Position numbers and translations under genes: made by a program. A stretch of 32,000 nucleotides of DNA from Ferroglobus placidus DSM 10642 (GTDB lineage Archaea; Halobacteriota; Archaeoglobi; Archaeoglobales; Archaeoglobaceae): contig NC_013849.1 in assembly GCF_000025505.1 (NCBI RefSeq), positions 360,001-392,000 on the forward strand. The letters run 5' to 3'. Shown here in pieces: positions 24,084 through 32,000 of this stretch; within the stretch, counting starts at the first letter, position 1; the number at the start of each line of letters is the position of its first letter. The notes under the pieces are model-generated. The model ran no database searches, was not told the origin of the DNA, and saw nothing but the letters and a program-made list of their open reading frames with translations.

Positions 24084-24110
24084 TAGGTAACCCTAATTTT
24101 GGGTTACCTA
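24084..24110. promoter_or_regulatory. perfect 10-7-10 palindrome (candidate metal-regulator operator) over the feoA promoter
   Basis: TAGGTAACCC-TAATTTT-GGGTTACCTA. A TATA-like TTTAAAT at 24072-24078 lies just upstream. SD AGAGGTG is at 24111-24117 and the feoA ATG is at 24123. Confidence 0.55.
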
Positions 24111-24122
24111 AGAGGTGCAAAA

Positions 24123-24347
24123 ATGATACCTTTATCCTTTCTGATGCCGGGAGAGAAAGGAGTTGTAGTCGAAATTAAAGGAGGAAGGGGATTGGTGAGA
24201 AGGCTCTACGGTATGGGGTTGTATCCATCAGCAGTTGTTGAGGTTGTTTCTCATGGATTCGGTCCCCTGCTGGTTAGGGTAAACGGAACTACGACGATTG
24301 CAATTGGGAGGGGTATCGGAATGAAAATAATGGTGAGGAGGGTTTAA
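24123..24347 (+). CDS. feoA: FeoA family ferrous iron transport protein
   Basis: MIPLSFLMPGEKGVVVEIKGGRGLVRRLYGMGLYPSAVVEV.. is a typical FeoA SH3-like domain. The track start at 24099 (TTG) lies inside the operator palindrome. Confidence 0.85.
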   Translation: MIPLSFLMPGEKGVVVEIKGGRGLVRRLYGMGLYPSAVVEVVSHGFGPLLVRVNGTTTIAIGRGIGMKIMVRRV

Positions 24348-24348
24348 A

Positions 24349-24576
24349 ATGAGGCTCTCGGATTTGAAACTGGGAGAGAAGGCAAGAATAGTTTGTGTGG
24401 AAATAGGAGGGAAAGAAGGAAGGAGATACAGGGAGATGGGGCTTGTAAGTGGGGAGATAGTCAGAGTTGTAAGGGTTGCACCTCTCGGAGATCCGGTGGA
24501 GATAGAGGTCAAGGGTTACAACCTCTCTCTAAGAAAGGACGAGGCAAGGAGGATTAGGGTGGAGGTGGTAAGATGA
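24349..24576 (+). CDS. feoA: FeoA family protein (second copy)
   Basis: [39 protein letters not shown]. Confidence 0.85.
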   Translation: MRLSDLKLGEKARIVCVEIGGKEGRRYREMGLVSGEIVRVVRVAPLGDPVEIEVKGYNLSLRKDEARRIRVEVVR

Positions 24577-26591
24577 AGATAAGAGTTGCACTTGCAGGAA
24601 ATCCAAATGTGGGGAAGACGGTGATATTCAACGCGTTAACTGGTTCAAGGCAATATGTGGGAAATTGGCCGGGAGTCACGGTTGAGAAGAAGGTTGGGAA
24701 ATTTACTTACAAGGATGCTGAGGTAGAAGTTGTCGATCTTCCAGGATCTTACAGCTTGAGCCCGTATTCAATAGATGAGAAAATCGCAAGAGATTACATT
24801 CTGGAGGAGAGACCTGATGTTGTAGTTAATATTGTGGATGCATCAAACCTCGAAAGGAACCTGTACCTCACAGTCCAGCTCCTTGAAATTGGAGCGAACG
24901 TCGTTGTAGCTTTAAACATGATGGATGAGGCTGAGGCAAGAGGAATGAAAGTGGATGCAGAGAAGCTCTCTGAAATTCTTAACATTCCCGTTGTCCCGAT
25001 GGTTGCAGTTAAGGGTATAGGATTTGATGAGCTTAAAGAGGTTATTTACGAGAGAGCAGGAATGCGTGAGGAAAGGCATAAAATTGTAGGATATGGAAAA
25101 GCAGAGAAATACATCGAATCTCTCGAAAGGGAGATTGAGAAGTATCCCGAGCTTAAAAAGCACAGCAGATGGCTTGCAATAAAGCTTCTCGAAGGAGAGG
25201 TGGACATTCTGAGGATATTATCAATTAATGAGGTGAATGGAATGTTGGAGGTTGCATATGCAGATTTAATCAGGAAGGCTGAGGTTTTAAGGAAAGAATT
25301 TGGCGAGAAGCTTGGAGAGCCAGAAACGTACTTTGCAGACAAACGTTATGAATTCATTAAATCCGTTGTCGAACAGGTTTTGACAAGAAAAGGGGTTACT
25401 TGGACATTCTCAGACATGCTTGACAGGGTTTTGATTCACAGAGGGTTTGGGATTCCAATATTCCTCTCATTGATGTGGGCAGCATTTCAGTTCACATTTG
25501 CAGTCTCAGCACCCTTTTCCGATGCAATCGATACATTCTTTGGATGGCTTGGAGAGGTTGCAGGCAGCAGCATAGAAAATCCAGCTCTCAGCTCCCTCTT
25601 AGCTGATGGTGTGATAGCTGGTGTTGGATCGGTTCTCGTGTTCCTTCCGCCAATATTCCTTCTATTCCTTATCCTCTCAATACTGGAAGATTCTGGATAC
25701 TTGGCAAGAGCGGCATTTGTCATGGATAGGGTTATGCACAAGGCAGGGCTGTCAGGGAAGTCCACAATTCCGATGCTTTTGGGATTTGGATGCAATGTTC
25801 CGGCAGTAATGGCAACAAGGACAATTGAGGACTGGAAGGATAGGCTGTTGACAATACTTGTAAATCCACTGATGTCTTGCTCTGCAAGGCTTCCGATATA
25901 CGTTCTCTTTGCAGGAGCATTCTTTGCTGGAATGGAGGGAGCAGTAATTTTCTCGATGTATCTCATGGGAATTGTACTGGCCGGTATCATGGCTTTTATA
26001 TTCAGAAAGACAATCTTCAAGGGACAACCTTCCCCACTAATACTCGAGATGCCTCCATACAGAATACCAACTCTGAGGAGTGTATTGACGAAGACTTGGA
26101 TAAGGGGAAAGATGTTCCTGAGGAAGGCTGGAACGATAATATTCGCTGCAGTTGTCGTAGTCTGGTTCCTTGGAACGTATCCGGGAGGCCCAGGCTCTGA
26201 CATAGAGACTTCCTACGCTTCAATGCTTGGGCATGCTTTACAGCCATTATTCGCTCCAATGGGATGGGACTGGAAGGCTGCAGTTGCTTTATTCTTCGGA
26301 TTTATAGCGAAGGAGGTTGTTGTCGGGACTTACGGCACGCTTTATGGTTTAGGAGAGGTTGGAGAGGAGAGTGAGAGCTTGAGAGCAGCACTTCACGGGA
26401 CATTCACTCCCCTGAATGCATATGCATTCATGGCGTTCGCTCTGATCTACATTCCATGTGTTGCAACCATAGGTGTAATAAGGCAGGAGGCCGGATGGAA
26501 ATGGATGGCCTTTGCTGTTGCTTACGAACTACTGCTTGCCTATGCAGTTGCATTAGCAATTGTCGGAATTGGGCACGCGCTATGGGGGTGA
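24573..26591 (+). CDS. feoB: ferrous iron transporter FeoB
   Basis: N-terminal G domain ([20 protein letters not shown]) followed by a polytopic membrane domain. 672 aa. 4-nt overlap with feoA. Confidence 0.95.
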   Translation: MKIRVALAGNPNVGKTVIFNALTGSRQYVGNWPGVTVEKKVGKFTYKDAEVEVVDLPGSYSLSPYSIDEKIARDYILEERPDVVVNIVDASNLERNLYLTVQLLEIGANVVVALNMMDEAEARGMKVDAEKLSEILNIPVVPMVAVKGIGFDELKEVIYERAGMREERHKIVGYGKAEKYIESLEREIEKYPELKKHSRWLAIKLLEGEVDILRILSINEVNGMLEVAYADLIRKAEVLRKEFGEKLGEPETYFADKRYEFIKSVVEQVLTRKGVTWTFSDMLDRVLIHRGFGIPIFLSLMWAAFQFTFAVSAPFSDAIDTFFGWLGEVAGSSIENPALSSLLADGVIAGVGSVLVFLPPIFLLFLILSILEDSGYLARAAFVMDRVMHKAGLSGKSTIPMLLGFGCNVPAVMATRTIEDWKDRLLTILVNPLMSCSARLPIYVLFAGAFFAGMEGAVIFSMYLMGIVLAGIMAFIFRKTIFKGQPSPLILEMPPYRIPTLRSVLTKTWIRGKMFLRKAGTIIFAAVVVVWFLGTYPGGPGSDIETSYASMLGHALQPLFAPMGWDWKAAVALFFGFIAKEVVVGTYGTLYGLGEVGEESESLRAALHGTFTPLNAYAFMAFALIYIPCVATIGVIRQEAGWKWMAFAVAYELLLAYAVALAIVGIGHALWG

Positions 26592-26595
26592 TAGA

Positions 26596-27015
26596 ATGAA
26601 GGGTTACGCCTTATGGTCTGCCTTGATTGGAATCGCCTATGTTATACTTGGACTGGCTGAAGTTGCTTCATGGATTGCAGGAGTTTTTGGCAAAGAATTG
26701 CAGATGCCAGTAACTCGGGACATAATTGCCGGCTTTGTTCTGATCACGATTGGCTCGATACTGCTGTATCGCACTGGTGATTTGATGAAAATGAAATACG
26801 AGGGACTCTCATTCCTATTCGTCGGACTAATGCTTTCAGCAATAATCGGTGGAATGTATTTATTGATTGCTTTGGCGGATGCTCTGGATGCCGTAATAGT
26901 CGGAGAAGAATGGGCATTTGACCCTTCAGCATACAACTTACCGGCAATAATCCTCTTCATCCTGCTGTTACCCTGCTGGCTTGCATTGAGGCGAAAGAAT
27001 GAATTTAGCGAGTAA
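26596..27015 (+). CDS. small polytopic membrane protein coupled to feoB
   Basis: The ATG at 26596 lies 5 nt after the feoB stop, preceded by GGGGGTGA. About 4 TM helices. The track ORF starts at 26560 inside feoB. Confidence 0.65.
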   Translation: MKGYALWSALIGIAYVILGLAEVASWIAGVFGKELQMPVTRDIIAGFVLITIGSILLYRTGDLMKMKYEGLSFLFVGLMLSAIIGGMYLLIALADALDAVIVGEEWAFDPSAYNLPAIILFILLLPCWLALRRKNEFSE

Positions 27016-27027
27016 CATGGAACTTAC

Positions 27028-27049
27028 TTAACACTTCTTTAACACTTCT
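27028..27049. repeat. perfect 11-bp tandem duplication TTAACACTTCT x2, followed by ATTTGT ATTTGT ATTTTT
   Basis: Read directly: 27028-27038 equals 27039-27049. The T-rich tail at 27051-27068 is a likely terminator for the feo operon. Confidence 0.6.
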
Positions 27050-27091
27050 CATTTGTATTTGTATTTTTAGAATTGTATTCGCTCAAACCAG

Positions 27092-27165
27092 TAGCCCCGG
27101 CCGGATTCGAACCGGCGTCGCCGGATCCAGAGTCCGGCAGGATTGTCCTACTACCACACGGGGCT
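27092..27165 (-). tRNA. tRNA-Gln (anticodon CUG), weak D-stem
   Basis: Acceptor stem AGCCCCG/CGGGGCT. Anticodon arm CCGGA-CTCTGGA-TCCGG (U33, CTG, G37). T arm GCCGG-TTCGAAT-CCGGC. Discriminator A, with no encoded CCA. The D arm TGGT-AGTAGGACAA-TCCT has only two G-C pairs, flanked by T-T mismatches. Confidence 0.75.
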
Positions 27166-27220
27166 ATAGGTGGACAAACTGTTCCCCCTTTCTCCAGCTC
27201 CAGAACAGCCACAGATCATC

Positions 27221-30049
27221 CTAATCCTCGCTCACATCCTCAATCCAGCGGATGCTCTCATTAAACTCAGCATCAATCTCCTCCTCTTCCCCTCCTTTTC
27301 CTCCAGCTCTCCCACCTCCTCTCCTGCCCTCTCCAAACATCTCCTTGAGCTCCTGCGTGACCTCCTTTTTCCCGTCCACGGTTATGAGGTAATATCCAGC
27401 CCCTCCCTTTGCAAACCTGACAACGGGGAAGTCGAAGTCCTCCGGAGGGAATATCAGAACCAGGCAGTCCTCCCCATACCTCGGTATGCTGTCCTTGAAC
27501 TCCTTTGCGGGGTCGAACTCGACCCTCTTCACAACCCACCCCCTGCTGCTTGCCTCACTGACAGTGCAGATGTAACCGTCTTTGCCGTAAAGCACCCCTC
27601 CCTTCTCATACGCCTCCTCATTCGTATGCTTGTTGACCCACAGCTTCCTGCCCATGCGGTCCCTCGCAACCTCATTCGTCTTGTAAAGCCCGTCCCTCCC
27701 CCTCATGTTCTCAACAACCTCTACAATGTGCTTTGCAATTGAGATGTATTCCCCAGCACTCTCTCCATGCCCGAGAACAGCGTAGATCAGGTAGTATCCT
27801 GCCTTGTAGGCTCTTGCAAGCTTCTTCAGCAGCATCCCCGGCCTTCTCTGCGTTGCCACCTCCACCTCAACCAGGATCCTGTCCTTTTTAAAGAGATTGT
27901 AGCATCTATCCCTCTCCTCTCCCTCTGGCGGGAGTTTCAGTACAAGATCTGGAACGTAGTTGTCCAACCCGGGCAGAGAAACACCACGCTTCGGAACCTC
28001 TACAATGTAGCCGAGAGACGTGAAGTACTCGTAGGCTCTGATGATCAGCCTTCTGTGGTCAACAAATCCATCCGTCACCTCCCCCAACTTATCCACCCAG
28101 AAGGCCTGCCTGATCCTGTCAAGATTTGGCACAACCACGCTTCTCCCGGAAGCCATATCCGTTTTCAGCTCAATGTATTCTCTGTCCGCATCCGCAGCTA
28201 TCTCTATGAAGCTGTCGTACTTCCTGTCATCAATCTTAACCCCCCTCTTCCTGCACTCCTCCATGAACGTCTGCCTGCTGACATCAACCCCCTTTATCGC
28301 CAGCACATACAGAACCTCAAGCAGCTCCCCAATTAACCCGGCCTTGCGCTGGATTGAGCAGATCTCCTTTATCTTAAGCAGAGCATCTGAAAGCTGCATC
28401 TCGCTCATCCTCTCAAGCCCGTATCTTTCAAGCGAGGCCCTTGCAACCTCCACTATCCCCTCTCTGCTCCTCAAAGGCTCTGATGGAGGATAGGTTTGAA
28501 TTACAAACGGGTCTGACAGCTGATTTCTCACCATAATGCGCACCATTGCTTTATACAGACCAAGAGACAGCATGTCCTCCACCCTCACACCCGGAAATCT
28601 TTTGATGAGTACGGATGCATCTGCGGGGTTCTGCGCGTTGAAGGCTATTATTGTTCCGCAGTTTGAATACACAGCCTCTCTCACCTTTGGAGAGAGCTGC
28701 GACGGGTACTGGGTTGCAACAATCAAACCAAGCCTGAATGCCCTTGCCTCAGAGAGAATCTCGTCAAAGGTGGAGCCCTCGAAAGCAAAGTTTGAGAACT
28801 CGTCAATGTAGAGGAAGAAGGGCTTTCTGTCTTCAGGTCTAAGCTTCACCCTCGACTTCGCAGCAGCCCATATCTTTGACAGGACAGTGGTTCCCACAAG
28901 CTGCATTATCGTTTCTCCAACCTCTCCCTTCGGAACCCTTACGAGGATTATCTTGTTCGTGTCTATCGCCTCCCTGAAGTCGAAGGAGGATTTTCTGTGG
29001 GTCACAATCTGCCTTGCCACCTTGTTCATCACCCAGTCGTTCAAACGCCTTATAACGGGCTCCATCACATCATCCTTCATCTCATTGACCTTGAGCAGGT
29101 ACTCCCTTATTATGGGGTCATCAACGCTCTCAGCAAACTTGTTCCTCACATCATCATCTGTGAGAAGAACGTAGAGGTCGAGGAAGGTTAGCTGATCCCT
29201 CTCACCAACCCTCTCGTTGAAGTCCAGCACTGCCCTTACAAGAGTCTCAAAAATTCTTCCGAATCGCTCACCCCATATCTGCGTTTGCTGCCTCATCAAC
29301 GCAACAAGATCTGCAACAACAACCTCCTTCATCGCATTGATCTGTCCCTCATCCATGTTCTTTCTGGGGAGCTCCAGAAAGTTCAACCCGACAACCTTGT
29401 CGTAGTTTGCCGGATCGATGAGTATAACGTCCTTAATCCTGTGGTCGGGAATCCTCATCAAAACCTCCTCAATGGCATCACCCTTGGGATCGATGAAGCA
29501 CAAGCCGTAGCCGTTCTGGATGTCCTGCACGATCATGTTCACAAGGGTCGTTGTTTTTCCCGTCCCGGTTGCACCGCACACAAACATGTGCCGGAAGCGA
29601 TCCTCAAGGGCGACCGAGATGTGTCTAATACCCCTTATGTTGTCCCTGTAAACGCCAATATACTGCACACCGGGGTTTGGAGGGGGAAGGTTGATTTTCT
29701 CCCTGCCGAACTCCTGCACCACCCTCATCTCTGACCCTGCACCCGATCCGGTTACGGTTACAGCCCCGCAACCTGCACCTGCCCCATTTACTCCACCCAC
29801 AACTTCTGCAGACACGTCTCTGTCCCCAACATCTCTGCCCCCTCCAGCCTCAGAACCTGCGCGCCCTACACTGCCCACGCTGTTCCTCAGGTCCGGGAAA
29901 AGATCGTACTTGCTCTCCACAGCCTTTACCACATCGCTAAACCTGATTCCTTTTCCCACTCCCTTCTTTTTATTCTCCTCCCTCCCTCCTCCTTCTTTTC
30001 CCTTTTCCTTTATCTTTTTAAACACGTTCAGCATGATCCTCACCTTCAC
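27221..30049 (-). CDS. large HerA/FtsK/T4CP-superfamily ATPase with wHTH-like and PD-(D/E)xK-like domains plus a C-terminal extension (942 aa)
   Basis: Gly/Ala-rich low-complexity N-terminus. Walker A CGATGTGKTTTL, then LCFIDPKGD, Walker B FFLYIDEFSNF and IVATQYPSQL. Later VPDLVLKL..ILVEVEVA (nuclease-like). It shares its architecture with 16613..18376. Confidence 0.8.
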   Translation of the reverse strand: MKVRIMLNVFKKIKEKGKEGGGREENKKKGVGKGIRFSDVVKAVESKYDLFPDLRNSVGSVGRAGSEAGGGRDVGDRDVSAEVVGGVNGAGAGCGAVTVTGSGAGSEMRVVQEFGREKINLPPPNPGVQYIGVYRDNIRGIRHISVALEDRFRHMFVCGATGTGKTTTLVNMIVQDIQNGYGLCFIDPKGDAIEEVLMRIPDHRIKDVILIDPANYDKVVGLNFLELPRKNMDEGQINAMKEVVVADLVALMRQQTQIWGERFGRIFETLVRAVLDFNERVGERDQLTFLDLYVLLTDDDVRNKFAESVDDPIIREYLLKVNEMKDDVMEPVIRRLNDWVMNKVARQIVTHRKSSFDFREAIDTNKIILVRVPKGEVGETIMQLVGTTVLSKIWAAAKSRVKLRPEDRKPFFLYIDEFSNFAFEGSTFDEILSEARAFRLGLIVATQYPSQLSPKVREAVYSNCGTIIAFNAQNPADASVLIKRFPGVRVEDMLSLGLYKAMVRIMVRNQLSDPFVIQTYPPSEPLRSREGIVEVARASLERYGLERMSEMQLSDALLKIKEICSIQRKAGLIGELLEVLYVLAIKGVDVSRQTFMEECRKRGVKIDDRKYDSFIEIAADADREYIELKTDMASGRSVVVPNLDRIRQAFWVDKLGEVTDGFVDHRRLIIRAYEYFTSLGYIVEVPKRGVSLPGLDNYVPDLVLKLPPEGEERDRCYNLFKKDRILVEVEVATQRRPGMLLKKLARAYKAGYYLIYAVLGHGESAGEYISIAKHIVEVVENMRGRDGLYKTNEVARDRMGRKLWVNKHTNEEAYEKGGVLYGKDGYICTVSEASSRGWVVKRVEFDPAKEFKDSIPRYGEDCLVLIFPPEDFDFPVVRFAKGGAGYYLITVDGKKEVTQELKEMFGEGRRGGGRAGGKGGEEEEIDAEFNESIRWIEDVSED

Positions 30050-30100
30050 CTTCCCCCTATCCCAGCAGGCCCAGCTCTTGGGTGCGAGGGCTTTGAGCGC

Positions 30101-30337
30101 TCAGCCATACAGCATCCCCACATTCTTTATCCTCCGTTTTGGTTTCTTACCCTCCCACCTCTCGCACGAGTGGTTTGCTGGAGTGATCATTCCTCTGAGG
30201 CCGCAGTAGCCATCACTCTCATCAACCGAATGCCAGCACCTGCAGCCAATACATCTCCCCCTGGGCAAGTTTCTCCACTTACTCCTGCCTTTTTTCTTAA
30301 CCTTCTTACCTGTTCTTTTCTTTCTCTCTCCGGCCAT
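30101..30337 (-). CDS. small basic Cys-rich (zinc-binding?) protein
   Basis: 78 aa with a Lys/Arg-rich N-terminus, then CIGCRCWHSVDESDGYCGLRGMITPANHSCERWE. Co-oriented between the two ATPase genes. Confidence 0.55.
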   Translation of the reverse strand: MAGERKKRTGKKVKKKGRSKWRNLPRGRCIGCRCWHSVDESDGYCGLRGMITPANHSCERWEGKKPKRRIKNVGMLYG

Positions 30338-30340
30338 GCC

Positions 30341-30370
30341 CTTCTCTACCCTTCTCTACCCTTCTATCCC
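30341..30370. repeat. 10-bp tandem repeat CTTCTCTACC x2 plus the degenerate copy CTTCTATCCC
   Basis: Read directly. It lies immediately upstream (on the - strand, as GGTAGAGAAG repeats) of the ATG at 30337. Confidence 0.6.
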
Positions 30371-30377
30371 TTTGCCC

Positions 30378-30461
30378 CTACCTCAACCCATCTGTAGCGA
30401 TGGTTGCAACAGCAACAGTAACGTTAAAGACCCAGGACGCGACCACACCCACACCTCTCAT
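30378..30461 (-). CDS. 27-aa hydrophobic peptide (speculative small membrane/pilin-like ORF)
   Basis: MRGVGVVASWVFNVTVAVATIATDGLR, preceded by GGAGAGG directly upstream of the ATG. It sits between the VirB4-like gene and the Zn-protein gene. Too short for the track. Confidence 0.3.
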   Translation of the reverse strand: MRGVGVVASWVFNVTVAVATIATDGLR

Positions 30462-30502
30462 CCTCTCCTATTTACTTTCCAATCTACACTCTTTCCCATA
30501 CT

Positions 30503-32000
30503 CTACACACCTCTCCCTGAAGCCTCAAGATAGGCCTTCTCCACAGGATTAGCTATAACGTTCATGTGGTAAATGCCGGCTGGAGTGATGAGCAGAGCAG
30601 AGGAGTAGCCCGCAGTTTTTCCCTGTGCAGCTTCCTTCACAAACCCCTCCCCAGATGCCGGGATGTCCAGTATCCTCTTAACCTCTTCCGGTATCGCCTC
30701 CAGCCTGAAGATGACGTGTATGTCTGCATTGGAGATTATCGTCCTCCCCTCCTCAAATCTGATGAACTCGTCATATCCCTGTGTGACGAGAGTGTAGCCT
30801 GTTTTGTGGTGCCTTGAGTGCCTCACCTCTCTCTCAAGAAACTTTCTGATCTGCCTGTAGGCCATGAAGTAGTGGGCCTCATCCACCACCACCATCTTCT
30901 TACCCTTCTCAGCCCTCTCTCTCGATCCAATCCACGTCAAAACTGCATGCAGAGGTAGAGGGCTCTTCTCAACACCCTCCACTGCTGAGAAGTCGAAGTA
31001 AACAACCCTGTTTCTGATATTGACATCCGTTCGCCCGTTGAACATGCTTAATTCAGCTGTAAAGGCGCTCATTGCGGACTTTATTCTCTCAGCAGCCCTC
31101 CTTTCTTCCTCACCCACGGGAACCTGGTCGATCTTCTCGATGACGTCGTCTATAATCACATCCCTGAACTTCTTATCCACGTAGGCCTTGATTATTGCCT
31201 TCCTCAGCACTCCAGATTCGGCCTTGTCCAGCGGGCTACCAACTTCTTCCTCAAAGAATGTTGAGAAGAACTCAAGGAGAGACATCAGCTTGTCCTTCAG
31301 CACCGACTGAGGTGTCTCGCCTTCCGGGACGAAGATGTCGAGGGGGTTCATGACGTTCTTGCCAACCACAACCCTCTGGGCCCCGAGCACGGCAGCGAGA
31401 TCCTTGAAGCCTGCAAGCGGATCGACAAGGAAGATCCTTACCTCAGGATCATTCAGCACCCACCTCGCAACCTCAAGCTTTGCGAAGAAGGATTTTCCAC
31501 TCCCTATTTTTCCGACAACGATCTCGTTGTGTCCTGCAAATTTGAACCTGTCAACTATGATCGGTGACTTTGTTGCAACATCATAGCCGTACAGCACTCC
31601 ACTCTCGTGCATGAGGGTGGGGAAGACGAAGGGGAAGCAGGACGCAGCGGCCTCGCTGTCCACCAGCACCTTCCTGCTGAGATAATCCTTTCCCTCAGGT
31701 AAAAGTGTTTTGAAGGCTTCGAGCATCCTGTACCTTATTCTCTTCAGCTGACACCCCTTTGCCTTCATCCTCTTGTTGAAGTCTGCAAAGTAATCCTCAG
31801 CAGCATTCTTGTCATCAGCAAGGATGTAGAAGTAAGTGCTTAAGGTGTAAAGCTTTGTCTGCCTTGACACAAGCCTTTCCCTGTAGCTGTATAGGTATTC
31901 AAGCTCGTGCTCCAGAGATGTCGTGTCAGTTCTACCCTTCTCCCTCATCTCCTGCAGCTTTGCCTCCAGCTGGGTTATGCGCCTGTTAAGCTCGTTCACA
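30503..32000 (-). CDS. VirB4/TrbE-like (AAA_10/DUF87) conjugation-type ATPase, 5'-partial (open at window edge)
   Basis: Walker A VVGKIGSGKSFFAKL, then IFLVDPLAGF, Walker B MVVVDEAHYFM and YTLVTQGYDEF. The frame is still open at 32000, so the GTG 'start' in the track is an edge artefact. Confidence 0.8.
   Translation of the reverse strand, partial: VNELNRRITQLEAKLQEMREKGRTDTTSLEHELEYLYSYRERLVSRQTKLYTLSTYFYILADDKNAAEDYFADFNKRMKAKGCQLKRIRYRMLEAFKTLLPEGKDYLSRKVLVDSEAAASCFPFVFPTLMHESGVLYGYDVATKSPIIVDRFKFAGHNEIVVGKIGSGKSFFAKLEVARWVLNDPEVRIFLVDPLAGFKDLAAVLGAQRVVVGKNVMNPLDIFVPEGETPQSVLKDKLMSLLEFFSTFFEEEVGSPLDKAESGVLRKAIIKAYVDKKFRDVIIDDVIEKIDQVPVGEEERRAAERIKSAMSAFTAELSMFNGRTDVNIRNRVVYFDFSAVEGVEKSPLPLHAVLTWIGSRERAEKGKKMVVVDEAHYFMAYRQIRKFLEREVRHSRHHKTGYTLVTQGYDEFIRFEEGRTIISNADIHVIFRLEAIPEEVKRILDIPASGEGFVKEAAQGKTAGYSSALLITPAGIYHMNVIANPVEKAYLEASGRGV

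Noticed and set aside
25487-26203. 238-aa minus-strand ORF and several other ORFs antisense to feoB
   Set aside because: It lies completely inside the unambiguous FeoB coding region. It is low-complexity and has no start context. This is a typical antisense open frame.
27170-30209. Series of 150-190-aa plus-strand ORFs opposite the 942-aa ATPase gene
   Set aside because: They are Pro/Ser/Leu-rich low-complexity translations with no motifs. The minus strand carries clear Walker A/B motifs. These are open frames produced by G+C-rich antisense sequence.
1-32000. CRISPR arrays, rRNA genes and further tRNAs
   Set aside because: No regularly spaced direct repeats of CRISPR size were seen. The only tandem repeats are 8-11 bp units in 2-3 copies. 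No rRNA-like sequence and no other cloverleaf candidate were seen.

Overview
This is an archaeal chromosomal segment. Evidence: Orc1/Cdc6, AT-rich TATA-type promoters close to start codons, a tRNA without encoded CCA, and AGG/AGA-rich Arg codon usage. Gene content looks Archaeoglobi-like, but I cannot verify taxonomy without a search. The window is a mosaic of host-like G+C blocks and visibly AT-rich islets. It reads as a mobile-element and defence hotspot in which many genes are decayed. Contents from left to right: (1) SWIM-finger, Cas4-like and AbrB-like genes (1-1207). (2) A tail-anchored unknown protein (1241-1762). (3) A multi-wHTH Mrr-like nuclease (2200-3915), convergent with a GmrSD-like DUF262/DUF1524 gene broken by one frameshift and one in-frame TAA (3884-5657). 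(4) An orphan orc1/cdc6 (5702-6802). (5) An AT-rich pair: a QW-repeat toroid membrane protein plus a HAD hydrolase (6877-8832). (6) AbiEi/AbiEii (9043-10567). (7) A tyrosine integrase (10693-11904). (8) A split unknown gene (12259-13604). (9) A secreted metzincin (14026-14724). (10) An operon of two tiny membrane proteins, a 264-aa protein and a HerA/FtsK/T4CP-superfamily ATPase fused to wHTH and PD-(D/E)xK-like domains (15484-18376). (11) Two MNT/HEPN pairs (18411-19902). (12) An AT-rich stand-alone NurA-like (with wHTH) / HerA-like pair whose ATPase is cut by an IS1-family element (20076-24013). (13) feoA-feoA-feoB plus a coupled membrane protein (24123-27015), behind a 10-7-10 palindromic operator. 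(14) tRNA-Gln(CUG) (27092-27165). (15) The G+C-rich end of a conjugative-plasmid-like element (27221-32000): a 942-aa paralogous ATPase-wHTH-nuclease protein, a small Zn protein, a 27-aa hydrophobic peptide and a VirB4/TrbE-like ATPase. The best candidates for something undescribed are the NurA(wHTH)-HerA cassette, the two modules combining small TM proteins with an ATPase-wHTH-nuclease protein, and the toroid+HAD pair. All family calls come from motif recognition by eye. No HMM or BLAST search was run, and G+C differences were judged by eye only.
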